Below, in pieces: positions 30,601 through 39,887 of a stretch of DNA of 62,090 nucleotides. The translations under genes were made by a program, and so were the position numbers. This DNA is from a virus. Lineage: Duplodnaviria; Caudoviricetes. The notes below the pieces were generated by a model that had not been told where the DNA came from, did no database searches, and saw only the letters and a list, made by a program, of their open reading frames with translations. Numbering within the stretch: position 1 is the stretch's first letter; every line of letters begins with the position of its first letter. The stretch is taken from positions 1 through 62,090 of IMG/VR virus record IMGVR_UViG_3300042527_000115, one strand, 5' to 3'.

Positions 30601-33223
30601 GAACCCATCCCTGTCCAAGGAAGAGGCTAAGAAGGCCTTGACCAGATTTATGGACATGATTGAAACCAAAATCTTTGCTACTGATGCTGCATTAAACAAT
30701 GCTATTCGCCGAGTCATTAACGACGCGACAATGGAAGACAAAGACAAGATTGGTCTCTTGTTAAGCATCAGCTCTAATCAGGCGGTCCACGCTGACGCTA
30801 TTGCTAGCCTGGCGATTCAATACGGCTCTGTGCAATACAACCCCGAACTGTACAAATATGAGGCGGTTGAAGATCCTAATAACTTTATTGCTTTATCCAA
30901 AGCCATAGACGACATAGTCAAGAAACACGGATTGACGAAGCAAGAGGCAGAACGAGTTGCACATACGTACTTTGAAGCGCGTCGTTTAAATGGTGTGATG
31001 GAGTACAACGAACGAGTTGATGCTGAACGATTTGATGCAATAGATCGGATTCAAAAAGCAATTGACGCAGATGATGCCAACGCCGAAAAGGTAGCTGAAC
31101 AAGATTTACGTCGGGCAGTTGAAAAATATAAATATGTTCACATGAGCCGTGAACATATTGATGAGGGTTTAGAGTTAGTTAAGACAATCCCAGAGTTAGA
31201 GCAAGTCGCTGATATCTGGTATGGAATTCGCCAGAACACCGCAAAGATATTGGTTGATAGCGGTCTTTGGTCAGCAGAGGAAGCTGATCTTCTCCTATCA
31301 AATATTGACTATGTTCCGTTCTATCGAGAAGATCAGTTAGAAAAGGGCAAAGGTCCAAAAGAGTTCTTGCGTGGTATTCAGGTTCCTGCCAAAGAAAAGA
31401 AATTTAAGGGATCAGATCTTCCGGTAGCTGATGTCTTTGACAACATGGTTCGCTGGACGCAATACGCGGTCAAGCGGTCTGTGATGAATAAGCTTGGTCA
31501 GGCAAAGGTAGACGCAGCAGTACAGTTTGATTTGGCCACCCCGGTGGGAGAATCTAAAAAGGGTCCAAATTCGGTTCGTATATGGAGAAACGGTGAGGCT
31601 GAGTTTTATGACATGGCAGACCCGCTATTCATGGAATCCTTTGCTGGACTGGAGAGCGTTGCGCTTCCAATTTGGAAAGTGTTCGCCTCGATGTCTAACT
31701 TCCTGCGTCAGTCCGTGGTTTTGTATCCGCTGTTCTCGGTATCTCAGGTTCCGCAGGACGCCTTTGCAGCCATGTTCTCATCTGGTCTAAAGACTAGATT
31801 CGCATTGAGTATCCCGGCTCGGGCAGTCAAAGAATTTATTCAAACGCTAACCAAGTCAAGCAAGACACATGAAGAGTTGCGACGTATTGGTGCCGTTGGT
31901 ATTCGTGACTTTTCCTCTGCTGTGGCTCGTAACGATGCTGAAGTAGCAGCTGGACTGAAGAAGACCCCGGGCATATGGAACAAAGTTAAAGGTATGCTTG
32001 AGCATATCTCCATGGCATCTGACAATGCTGTTCGTCAGGCTGTCTATAGCGCATCGATTGCTCAGGGACTGTCTACTGCTGAAGCGATGGAAAAGGCATT
32101 TGCCATCATCAACTTCCGTAACCGCGGTAGCAGCCCGACCATTCGGATGCTTGGCCAGGTGGTGCCGTTCTTTAACGCCTACCTTGCAGCTCAGCATGTG
32201 GCCATCAAGACTATCTCTGGGGTTGGCATCTCTCCATCTGCACGGGAAGATGCATTGAAGACCTTGGCTGCTACGACCGGCACAGTTATGGCGCTGTCAT
32301 TGATCTACGCCATGGCCATGGATGACGATGAGGACTACATCGATAAGCCCTCTGTAATGCGCGATCGCCTGTTCATCATCCCAGGCACGGGCATGACGAT
32401 CCCGATCCGTACTGACATCTTCTCGATGCCAAAGATCCTGACCGAGCATATGTACATGCTGATGACGGATCAGGGCATGGCCGATGGACGCAAATTCCGG
32501 GATTCGATGAAGGCAGCTCTGGGCAATATCCTGCTTGGTCCTACCCCTGTTCCCCAGGCAATCAAGCCCGCGGTCGAGGTGGCTGTGAACTACAACTTCT
32601 TCCAGGGCCGGCCGCTGATTGGTACGTTCCAAAAAGGTCTGGAGTTAGAGCGGCAGTTCAACGATTCAACCTCGGAGCTGGCCAAGCTATTTGGTCAGAC
32701 TGGTCTGATCTCCCCGATCGCAGCTGATCACCTATTCCGCGGCATGCTGGGATCTCTGGGCGGGTTGATCGTTTACGCAACCAACCCAATCCTGCATAAC
32801 GCTGTTGGAGTTCCGCGGCCGGAGCTGTCGTTTACGGAGGCCATGGCAGCTTTACCTGGCACCAGTGGATTCATCTCCCGGCCCTTTGAGACTGGGCTTA
32901 AGAATGACTTCTACGTCCTTCGGGATGAGGTGGCCAAAGCGGCTAATACCTTCAACGATATCAAGCGCCGTAGCCCAGCCGACATCGAGGAGTTCCTGGC
33001 CAATGAGGACAAGGCAACCAGGGTCGGGATGCAGAAGGCGGTTAATAACATTACCGAAGCGCTCAGCAATATCCGTCGCCGTATATCAGTGATTACTAAC
33101 TTACCAGCTTCTGAGATGTCTGCCTCCGAAAAGCGGACGGAGATCAATCAGCTGCGTGAGATGGAGCGGGATATGCTCCGGAACATTGATATCAAAGAAC
33201 TGCGCCGGATGGCTAACCTGTAA
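27686..33223 (+). CDS. Large polyvalent protein (1845 aa)
   Basis: HEALGHFGLR zincin-like motif; YVPFYR; C-terminal LPD38-like region (VPFFNAY...PQAIKPAVEV..NYNFF.GRP). Confidence 0.75.
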   Translation: MDYEALARKYGGSPAPLAADPLEDLARKYGGSPTPLASPAAAPKEPESGVLRQIADVPLGVAKGVTSGIRMLSDIFGADNPVSQALKGTEGYLNDLMSAQARNDQKEIARIMKEAEDKGVLDQVIAGVKAFATAPVDMLSQAAGTAIPTIAGGLAGTILKVAPKVTAGLTGVGMGTGVVKGTIYEETKQALKDAGVSEDQAEARAQLAQSYGGKNLDQILLGSALGGLTAVVGVEPAAIGALTKRILAKEATEKAAEATAKEASKSVARRAVTTGATEAGPEFLQAFQEQVASNIAQQREGLDVDAIRGAVAAGTLEGLAGAGLGAGVGAITGPRVAAEKRTPEEIAAEQKPAEPTITKYSTVNRRGQAITVDVSENPDGTITAKSSDGTDFDLDPFLNRGMSVPEAVNAAFARKNAKMATPVTEEVEEEAKVEEPAKVVPPVAAETAPEVIKAAEPETEAPPKLTAPEGFKLKEGRNEQVVLAARQLEEKLAAAKTEEEKATAKAEYDRYVNYYTPVPALKSDAIESPLSSEELQKVLTLPKVQKDQAKIDAPIEDGTRVGLRMDIPALKESKKVGLRGSVVSVHKGADPEKKSTGDNISYKSAGHITDAKMAIRSEEAAFDVAKSEEGRAGQKKPQQTIEGKWVNTPPEEIYSRVQQLMEDPEWTQVSLDPNRHSFFYDRKTLRPVVAADEVYQIGRFVLAKNAKFGNRNNFLYAQTKPGTKGNPKAAVQALINKVKEGWVNAPNTEVVQSISELPRDLQNQIEEDGVNPRGAYHPPTNTVYIISDNIAGYRDAFVTLTHEALGHFGLRSILGNRYKSVMENFYETNSEVKKLADKKIKEGLDKATAVEEVLAEAIEDRIPQDTTLGKAIQMLKNIIRQFAKMLGVKTLNDAEVQSLLDSARDYVIEGRSKGASPPAEGRAVFAKAKKPAAKRSVAGEAAMQTVKDLGREQEVPPSTMEKALSVLRDAKENPSLSKEEAKKALTRFMDMIETKIFATDAALNNAIRRVINDATMEDKDKIGLLLSISSNQAVHADAIASLAIQYGSVQYNPELYKYEAVEDPNNFIALSKAIDDIVKKHGLTKQEAERVAHTYFEARRLNGVMEYNERVDAERFDAIDRIQKAIDADDANAEKVAEQDLRRAVEKYKYVHMSREHIDEGLELVKTIPELEQVADIWYGIRQNTAKILVDSGLWSAEEADLLLSNIDYVPFYREDQLEKGKGPKEFLRGIQVPAKEKKFKGSDLPVADVFDNMVRWTQYAVKRSVMNKLGQAKVDAAVQFDLATPVGESKKGPNSVRIWRNGEAEFYDMADPLFMESFAGLESVALPIWKVFASMSNFLRQSVVLYPLFSVSQVPQDAFAAMFSSGLKTRFALSIPARAVKEFIQTLTKSSKTHEELRRIGAVGIRDFSSAVARNDAEVAAGLKKTPGIWNKVKGMLEHISMASDNAVRQAVYSASIAQGLSTAEAMEKAFAIINFRNRGSSPTIRMLGQVVPFFNAYLAAQHVAIKTISGVGISPSAREDALKTLAATTGTVMALSLIYAMAMDDDEDYIDKPSVMRDRLFIIPGTGMTIPIRTDIFSMPKILTEHMYMLMTDQGMADGRKFRDSMKAALGNILLGPTPVPQAIKPAVEVAVNYNFFQGRPLIGTFQKGLELERQFNDSTSELAKLFGQTGLISPIAADHLFRGMLGSLGGLIVYATNPILHNAVGVPRPELSFTEAMAALPGTSGFISRPFETGLKNDFYVLRDEVAKAANTFNDIKRRSPADIEEFLANEDKATRVGMQKAVNNITEALSNIRRRISVITNLPASEMSASEKRTEINQLREMERDMLRNIDIKELRRMANL

Positions 33224-33566
33224 TCGGCAGGATCACAACGGTACAGCCCCCGCCAATTTTGACCCCCTGGCGGGTCACATGCAGCTCATCGACCTGCTCG
33301 TCATCATGGAAGCAGCCAGCGTGTTCTAGGGCATCTAAGAGGCTTTTGATGCGATTGTCTATATCGAACCTTATGCGATTGGCTGGGAACAGCGCTATGT
33401 GTACAGAAAGCCTCCCATCGAGGGGCTGGACGTTTGCATCCAGGCAGGCTTCAGCCACGGAAACACGAAACTCTTTTCCCTTTTTTCCCAAAAATCTTTG
33501 CTTTCCATTGACTCCCCAGTAGTGGTTAACACTAGGTGGCATCGGTAATTCAAGCTGGATGTGCAT
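33213..33566 (-). CDS. rusA: RusA-family Holliday junction resolvase
   Basis: LPMPPSVNHYW...DIDNRIKSLLDAL...DDEQV. Confidence 0.85.
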   Translation of the reverse strand: MHIQLELPMPPSVNHYWGVNGKQRFLGKKGKEFRVSVAEACLDANVQPLDGRLSVHIALFPANRIRFDIDNRIKSLLDALEHAGCFHDDEQVDELHVTRQGVKIGGGCTVVILPITG

Positions 33567-33604
33567 GGTCGTTTAGCCTAAGTTATTGATTTTATTGATG
33601 AATG

Positions 33605-33627
33605 TCAGTGTAACAGTGTTACACTGA
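33605..33627. promoter_or_regulatory. Perfect palindromic operator-like site
   Basis: TCAGTGTAACA-G-TGTTACACTGA in a divergent intergenic region; near-copy at 54212-54233. Confidence 0.65.
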
Positions 33628-33666
33628 GAATTTATATATTACATGATTCAACATGGGTATGACCTA

Positions 33667-33695
33667 TTGACATGATATTTCTTTGGGTCCAAAAT
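33667..33695 (+). promoter_or_regulatory. Sigma70-type promoter of the recombination operon
   Basis: TTGACA-17 nt-CAAAAT. Confidence 0.5.
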
Positions 33696-33721
33696 TCAAT
33701 TGTCTACTGCTAGGAGTAAAA

Positions 33722-34594
33722 ATGAAATTAACCAACAAGTTCAATATCCCCCAGACATTTATCAATGTACTGGAGCGCCCGACTTATTCCAAGGGAAAGG
33801 CGAATCTCTCTGTTACCCAGCTGATCAACAGCCCCAAGATCGTAGCCCTGACCAAGAAGTTTGAGGACGAGCTGGAGCAGGACGTCTCGGACATGGTCTG
33901 GTCGATCTTTGGCTCGGCCGTCCACAAGGTCTTAGAGCATGGCCAAGATGACAACCATATCGTTGAGGAGCGCCTGTCTACCGAGATCGATGGCTGGAAG
34001 ATCTCCGGGGCTATCGACCTCCAGATCAAGGGGGATAACTTCATCGAGATCCGGGACTACAAGACAGTCTCAGCATGGGCCGTGATGAACGAAAAGATTG
34101 AGTGGGAGCAGCAGCTAAACCTGTATGCCTACCTAGTAGAGAGAGTAAAAAAGATTCCGGTCATATCCCTTGGGATCGTGGCCATCATCCGGGACTGGAG
34201 CCGCCGCGATGCCGCCACCCGGGAGGGCTACCCAGAAGCTCCGGTCAAAGAGATCCCTATAAAGCTATGGCCGTTTGAGCAGCGGGAGGCGTTCATTAAA
34301 GAGCGTATCCATGCTCACTCTTCTTGCGAGTTTGAGTTAGAGACCGATGGCAACCTGCCGGCCTGTACCCCGGAGGAGATGTGGGAGAAACCGACCATGT
34401 GGGCGGTGAAGAAAGTCGGTGGTGCGAGGGCTAGGTCGGTTCACACAACCAACCAAGAAGCCTTAGAGACGATCGCCAAATTAGGAAAAGCTTACGAGAT
34501 CGAAGTGCGTCCGGGCAGTCGCACCCGATGTGAATCTTTCTGCCCAGTTTCCAACTATTGCCAGCAATGGCGTGATTATCAGGAGAGTAAATGA
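33722..34594 (+). CDS. PD-(D/E)XK exonuclease (Cas4/AddB-like Cys cluster)
   Basis: FGSAVH, ISGAID...IRDYK, QLNLY, C-terminal C..FC....C; AGGAG RBS. Confidence 0.8.
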   Translation: MKLTNKFNIPQTFINVLERPTYSKGKANLSVTQLINSPKIVALTKKFEDELEQDVSDMVWSIFGSAVHKVLEHGQDDNHIVEERLSTEIDGWKISGAIDLQIKGDNFIEIRDYKTVSAWAVMNEKIEWEQQLNLYAYLVERVKKIPVISLGIVAIIRDWSRRDAATREGYPEAPVKEIPIKLWPFEQREAFIKERIHAHSSCEFELETDGNLPACTPEEMWEKPTMWAVKKVGGARARSVHTTNQEALETIAKLGKAYEIEVRPGSRTRCESFCPVSNYCQQWRDYQESK

Positions 34595-34857
34595 CAGCCA
34601 ATGAGGAGCAGGTGGGTGGGCGGCATTACATTGAAAAGCCCATCCAGCCCTGGGATTACATCATTGCCAACAAGCTGGGATACCTTGAGGGCAACATCGT
34701 GAAGTATGTATCCCGTTACAAAGAGAAAGGCGGCGTTGAGGATTTAATCAAAGCTTCCCATTACTTAGAAAAACTTATTGAGGTGACCTTAAATGACACA
34801 GAACGTGTATCAAAAGCTGCAATTAGCGAGACTACTGCTTCAGGAAAAAAAGCTTAA
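34591..34857 (+). CDS. DUF3310 (SaV-like) protein
   Basis: QVGGRHY...GNIVKYVSRY..KGGVEDL.KA..YL. Confidence 0.85.
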   Translation: MTANEEQVGGRHYIEKPIQPWDYIIANKLGYLEGNIVKYVSRYKEKGGVEDLIKASHYLEKLIEVTLNDTERVSKAAISETTASGKKA

Positions 34858-35497
34858 TAAATCAGGAAAGAACAAGTTTGCAGGCTATGAATATTTCGAG
34901 CTTCAAGATTTTCTACCGGCTGTTCAAACCATCTTTGCTGATACTGGCCTTTGCCCTGTGTTTAGGTGTGGTGTTAACGATGCTACTTTGACGGTATATA
35001 ACGTAGAGAAGCCGGAGGACTACGTCTTGTTCACGGCCCCGATGGCCGCGGCAGAACTCAAGGGATGTCACCCTGTGCAGAACCTGGGTGCATCGATCTC
35101 GTATCTTCGACGCTATCTGTACGTCAATGCCCTAGAGATCGTGGAGCATGACGCCCTCGATGCCACAACGGGGAAAGAAGCATTGGCACCAAAGCCTGTA
35201 CCCAAAGCTGTAGCTGCTGAGCCAAAGCCGGCCCCCAAGAAAGAAACGATCGAAGGAAAGTCTGGCGATTGGCAGATGGTTGTGACAGGTACCCCGGGCG
35301 ATGCTGATTGGATGGAGCTGGTCGAAGAAGCGGCAAACAAACTTCTAGACTTTGCCAATAGCGAAGAAGATGTCATGGCCATCTACAAGAAAAACAAGCA
35401 GTTATTCGAAGAGGTAAAGGCTCAGGACGCTGTGTTCTTTAAAGATCTGATGGATAAGTTTTCTACGGCCCGCGCCAAATTTAAGGAGGCAGCATGA
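34793..35497 (+). CDS. ERF-family ssDNA annealing protein
   Basis: KSGKNKFAGYEYFELQDF...QNLGASISYLRRY. Confidence 0.85.
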   Translation: MTQNVYQKLQLARLLLQEKKLNKSGKNKFAGYEYFELQDFLPAVQTIFADTGLCPVFRCGVNDATLTVYNVEKPEDYVLFTAPMAAAELKGCHPVQNLGASISYLRRYLYVNALEIVEHDALDATTGKEALAPKPVPKAVAAEPKPAPKKETIEGKSGDWQMVVTGTPGDADWMELVEEAANKLLDFANSEEDVMAIYKKNKQLFEEVKAQDAVFFKDLMDKFSTARAKFKEAA

Positions 35498-35793
35498 CCT
35501 TTATACCCAAACCAAATACCGGGTCTCTTTGGAAGAACGATAAGAAGACCGATGACAAGCACCCCGATATGCGTGGCGATGCGGTGATTGATAAGCGTCT
35601 GCTATTGGATCTGATTTCCAAGGGAGAAGATCCGGTCAAGATAGCTGTAGCCGCATGGAATCGGACCACCAATACCGGCCGGGATTACACCTTCATTACC
35701 TTTTCTGAGCCGTTCATTCCTCAGAAGAAGGCTGAGCCAGCTCCCAAGCAACAAGCGCTAGACCAGGAGGATGACGAAGATGTCCCTTTCTGA
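35494..35793 (+). CDS. ssDNA-binding protein-like
   Basis: GSLWKNDKK..HPD.RG; acidic DDEDVPF tail. Confidence 0.7.
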   Translation: MTFIPKPNTGSLWKNDKKTDDKHPDMRGDAVIDKRLLLDLISKGEDPVKIAVAAWNRTTNTGRDYTFITFSEPFIPQKKAEPAPKQQALDQEDDEDVPF

Positions 35794-36217
35794 GATACCT
35801 ACGCTTCAATTTGAGGCAATCAAGGTCGCTCTGAAGCAGGACAAGACAGGGTTCGTGCTGACCCTGTGCATCCACCCGGATGACATCCCGAATGAACTGA
35901 TGCGGGATTTTGTTGGCTCGCACTATCAGGTGGTCATGGTTCGGTTGAACCAAGACCATCAGCCCATGGAGCGCGATCAAGAGTTTGAAGGAGATCGGGC
36001 CATACGGTTGGCTGGAGTTCTGTGCCGAGAAAAAGAATTCTGGGAATACCTGCACGACGATAGTCAGATCTTTGATGCCAATGAAGAAGAAGCTACGAAC
36101 TGGGTACGTGAGTATCTCGGCGTCCAGTCCCGGTCGGAATTAAAGACCAATCAAGAGGCCCGACTTAGGCTGAAGAAGGTTAATGAGGATTACAAAAAAT
36201 GGAAGGCAAAAAACTAG
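35771..36217 (+). CDS. Hypothetical protein
   Basis: LGVQSRSEL motif; ORF in operon. Confidence 0.6.
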   Translation: MTKMSLSEIPTLQFEAIKVALKQDKTGFVLTLCIHPDDIPNELMRDFVGSHYQVVMVRLNQDHQPMERDQEFEGDRAIRLAGVLCREKEFWEYLHDDSQIFDANEEEATNWVREYLGVQSRSELKTNQEARLRLKKVNEDYKKWKAKN

Positions 36218-36480
36218 TTCCGTATTCGGTTTATATACCGATCGAACAGCATGATCAGCTTAAGCAGCTGGCCAAAAGCCGTAAAGCCGCGGCGCTCGTG
36301 CGGGATGCCATCAACATCATCCTGAATGGTAATGACCAATACAAATCTGGATACAACAACGCAATCAAGGATGCGGCTCAGATCGTTTACGAATGCAAGG
36401 AAGCTCAGATGGTGGCGGTAAACGGTCGGGATGTGGGTGCGCTCTTGTCAGATCAAATAAAGGAGCTTGCAATCAAATGA
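36199..36480 (+). CDS. Ribbon-helix-helix-like DNA-binding protein
   Basis: YSVYIP...LKQLAK...AALVRDAI. Confidence 0.5.
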   Translation: MEGKKLVPYSVYIPIEQHDQLKQLAKSRKAAALVRDAINIILNGNDQYKSGYNNAIKDAAQIVYECKEAQMVAVNGRDVGALLSDQIKELAIK

Positions 36481-36679
36481 ACGGACATCCATTAATCGAA
36501 TGGAGAAAGATTAAGCAGTGGGTCAGGGCAGCTTGGGCAGAGTCTTTTGGAATAGTTGTGGCGTTTGTGTTGGGAATCTTGCTTGGAATTGTTTACAAAC
36601 AGGAGGACATCATGGAAGACTGCAAGTACTCCGGGACGTTCCGGGTTCACAGCCAAGCTTATAACTGCCAGAGGAAGAT

Positions 36680-36967
36680 ATGAGAAAGCTACTGATTGCG
36701 TTATTAATGGCCCCGTCTATGGCGATGAGTCAAGTATTCGTGGTGCCAAATAAAGGTGGCGGAGAGATCACGATTACTACTCGGCCATGTATTGTCAAGG
36801 GCCAGAATCACTCCGAGCTTAGGGAGGCATACACCTGGTCACCGTCATCTCCATACGAGAAGGGGTGCTGGACGATCATTGATGGGATGGTTCACATCCT
36901 GTTCCTAGACACCAACAGTCGTCGTGTTTACCCGATTGAAGAGTTTCAAAAGAAAGAAACGCGATGA
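36680..36967 (+). CDS. Secreted hypothetical protein
   Basis: Signal-peptide-like N-terminus; NKGGGEITIT...GCW. Confidence 0.6.
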   Translation: MRKLLIALLMAPSMAMSQVFVVPNKGGGEITITTRPCIVKGQNHSELREAYTWSPSSPYEKGCWTIIDGMVHILFLDTNSRRVYPIEEFQKKETR

Positions 36968-37527
36968 GCTACGAGTTCACCAATGACTGGTTCAAGCGTA
37001 CCGCTCACGGCTGGTCCCAGTTCCCCAAAGCTGGCAGAGTCCTGGAAATTGGATCGTATGAGGGTCAGTCAGCTGTGTGGATCATTGAGAACATGCTGAC
37101 CGATGATGGGATCTTGTACTGCGTGGATACATGGATCGGCGGCGAGGATCACCAGGGCATAGACTTTGAGCAGGTTGAGACTAGGTTTGAAGCCAACATA
37201 AAAAAGGCCAAGCGCGGTGAGCAAAAAATTTACAAGTTAAAAGATGAGTCTTACCGGGCGCTTGCCACCATTATTACAGGCGCTCCGGAGATGGATTTCA
37301 TCTACATCGACGGCTCTCATGTGGCGAAGGATGTTTTGACCGATGCTTGTATGGCGTGGCCGCTGCTGCGTCAAGGTGGTCTGATGGTCTTTGATGACTA
37401 TATCTGGGGTGATTCCCGGGACATTCTGCACCGCCCCAAGATGGCCATTGATGCTTTTGTCAACATCTTCGCAGAGGAAGCCCAGCTAGTCGGCTGGGGA
37501 GCGCAAACCATTGTGAGGAAAAGATGA
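36964..37527 (+). CDS. Class I SAM-dependent methyltransferase (Methyltransf_24-like)
   Basis: LEIGSYEGQS, CVDTW, DFIYIDGSH, GGLMVFDDY. Confidence 0.85.
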   Translation: MSYEFTNDWFKRTAHGWSQFPKAGRVLEIGSYEGQSAVWIIENMLTDDGILYCVDTWIGGEDHQGIDFEQVETRFEANIKKAKRGEQKIYKLKDESYRALATIITGAPEMDFIYIDGSHVAKDVLTDACMAWPLLRQGGLMVFDDYIWGDSRDILHRPKMAIDAFVNIFAEEAQLVGWGAQTIVRKR

Positions 37528-38240
37528 AAGGTACCAAACTGTTTGTAGCTACACCGATGTACGGCGGGATGTGTTATTCACCCTATGCCCTGGCTCTGTC
37601 CGATCTGTCTGTGGCCTGCCGGAATTACAACGTTCCGCTTAAGATCCGGGTGGTCAACAACGATGCCCTGATTGTGAACGCCCGTAACCTACTGGCCCAT
37701 TACTTCCTGGCCGAGACGGACTGCACCCACATGATGTTCATTGATGCGGATGTGTCGTTTAAGCCGGAGCATGTGTTCAGCCTGATCGAGGAGAACAAGG
37801 ATCTGATCGCGGGGAACTATCCCAAGAAGATGATTGACTGGGAGGAGGTTCAGAAGGCGGTCAAGGCAGGCGTCCCAGTGGATCAGTTGAAATACCACAC
37901 TGGTCGTCCGACGTTTGCCATCATCCCCGGTACAGAGGGAGAGCATAAGTTTGAGAACCCCTTGGAGGTGGAGACCGTAGCCACCGGGTTCATGCTGATC
38001 AAGCGCCGGGTATTTGAGGAGTTAGCCCCTTTGGTTGATGAGTATTGGCACCCAGACCACAAGGACCGTCCGATCAAGAACTTCTTCAGACTCTTGGTAG
38101 AAAACACCAAGCTGTACTCAGAGGACAACTCATTTTGCAAGCTGTGGCGGCAGCACGGTGGCAAGGTATACCTAGCCCCATGGGTAATGTTGAATCACAC
38201 CGGAACATACACATTTGAAGGAAGGCTAACGGGGCTATGA
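37524..38240 (+). CDS. GT-A fold glycosyltransferase (related to 1822..2562)
   Basis: VATPMYGG, ARN, MFIDAD, ATGFMLIKR, SEDNSFC, LNHTG. Confidence 0.75.
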   Translation: MKGTKLFVATPMYGGMCYSPYALALSDLSVACRNYNVPLKIRVVNNDALIVNARNLLAHYFLAETDCTHMMFIDADVSFKPEHVFSLIEENKDLIAGNYPKKMIDWEEVQKAVKAGVPVDQLKYHTGRPTFAIIPGTEGEHKFENPLEVETVATGFMLIKRRVFEELAPLVDEYWHPDHKDRPIKNFFRLLVENTKLYSEDNSFCKLWRQHGGKVYLAPWVMLNHTGTYTFEGRLTGL

Positions 38241-38312
38241 AAAAACGCAAACTTATTAAAGATTGCTTAAATATAAAAATTCTTATTAAAGAAAACTTAA
38301 AGGAGAAGAACA

Positions 38313-39275
38313 ATGCCCAAAGGACTATTTGATGACATTCCGCTAAAAAACATAGACCGAGACAAATCTTGGGAGGCGTTTATTAAACGCAAAGATGTTA
38401 AGTCTTTGTTTGAAATGCACAACGATCCAGAGTTTGAGTTTCCTCTCGGTGGTGGCTATTACGATCTGTGGTGTCTTTGCTGGCAGAGGGCCTGGACCAA
38501 GGGGTTTGAGGCTGGTGCAAAGTGTGATCTTGAGGAGGAATCAGATTGAACTACATCATTGGTGCGTTTTTAGCTGTCATTCTTGGCATACTAATTTCTA
38601 CCCGCCCCGCCCCCAAGGAATACTGGGACGATGGTTACAAGGCCGGCATGAAGGCGGCATTGAAGACCAATCCCCCATCAGACGAGCTGGAGATGACCTG
38701 TGCTGGTCTGTGGCTGGGAGAACAACAGAAGAAGAAAGGTAAGTGATGAACGGATTCTGTAGTGAGTGCAGAAAGCCATGCCGGGAGGTAAAGCGGGACT
38801 TCGGGTATGGTCGCACGGAATACTGGGGCGCTGTGTCTAGCCATGAGAATTGGCATGTAGTCTCAGAGTGTTGTGATGGAGATGTTCTAACCCAAGAACA
38901 GATGGAGGAGATCAATGAACTTAACAGTCCTGGTTGTGGAGTGGAATAGCTTGGGGCCGGCTAAGTTTTACATAGCCATGATGGCGTACATAACAATTTT
39001 GCTATGGTGGGGGGCTAAGCATGAATGAGCCACATAGATTAGCGGCGTGGCTTAAGGCCAATGCCAAACACATGAAGTTTGAAGACGAGCGGATTGAGAT
39101 GATCAAGGCAGCGCAGATGTTGCAGATGCTTGAAGATGATCGAGTCGCAAGCCTGGAGGCTTTATACAAAGCCCGCCAGACACTGTCCGAAGTCAGGGGA
39201 ATGATCAATGAATTACCGAAACAAGAAGCTCTTGGAGATAGTCCGGGAGTCTCCATGTCAGCTCTGTGGCGCTAG
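38313..39275 (+). other. Run of small hypothetical ORFs (38313-38549, 38546-38746, 38743-38949, 39021-39275)
   Basis: Overlapping stop/start coupling, same strand. Confidence 0.55.
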
Positions 39276-39498
39276 CGACGGGACTGTGGTGGCCGCCCAT
39301 TCCAATCAGCTGCGGGATGGGAAGGGCCGCTCGATCAAGGCACATGACTATCGGATCGCAGCTCTGTGCTATCGGTGCCATTTTGACTTAGACCAAGGGT
39401 CCAAGATGAGCAAAGAAGACCGGGTTGATATTTGGGAGATGGCCCACCGTAAGACTGTTGGGTGGCTCTTTGATAACGAACACTTGGAGGTGAAATGA
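39208..39498 (+). CDS. DUF1364/YbcO-like Zn-binding nuclease-family protein
   Basis: CQLC...VVAAHSN...KAHD..IAALCYRCH. Confidence 0.75.
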   Translation: MNYRNKKLLEIVRESPCQLCGASDGTVVAAHSNQLRDGKGRSIKAHDYRIAALCYRCHFDLDQGSKMSKEDRVDIWEMAHRKTVGWLFDNEHLEVK

Positions 39499-39887
39499 CA
39501 GACCGTGAACTAATGCAGATGGTATTAAAAAAGCTAGATCATATTTGGGAACTTGGCGTGGAAGTAGAAAGTTATAGACTTAGTGATGATCTTTTGCCGG
39601 AAATGAAAGCCCTGCGTGACCGATTAGCGCAGCCTGAACCGAAGCCTATTGCATGGGTGCATCACGCTGAAGGTTACAAAATGCAGGTGACTCAACACTC
39701 ACCAGAACCCCCTTGCAAATTGCCGGATGGGTTTAAAACAATCCCGGTTTATTCAAATCCACCAAAGCGTGAATGGGTTGGGCTGACGGATGAGGAAATA
39801 GATGTCGCTGTGAAGTCATGCAATACGGTAAATACCTACAAGTATTTTCGTGCCATCGAAGCCAAACTAAAGGAGAAGAACAGTTGA
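39495..39887 (+). CDS. Hypothetical phage protein
   Basis: EWVGLTDEEI...RAIEAKLKEKN module. Confidence 0.6.
   Translation: MTDRELMQMVLKKLDHIWELGVEVESYRLSDDLLPEMKALRDRLAQPEPKPIAWVHHAEGYKMQVTQHSPEPPCKLPDGFKTIPVYSNPPKREWVGLTDEEIDVAVKSCNTVNTYKYFRAIEAKLKEKNS

Noticed and set aside
33722-34594. Cas4-like nuclease as an acquisition module for the array
   Set aside because: It is 12 kb away in an ordinary exonuclease-ERF-SSB recombination operon
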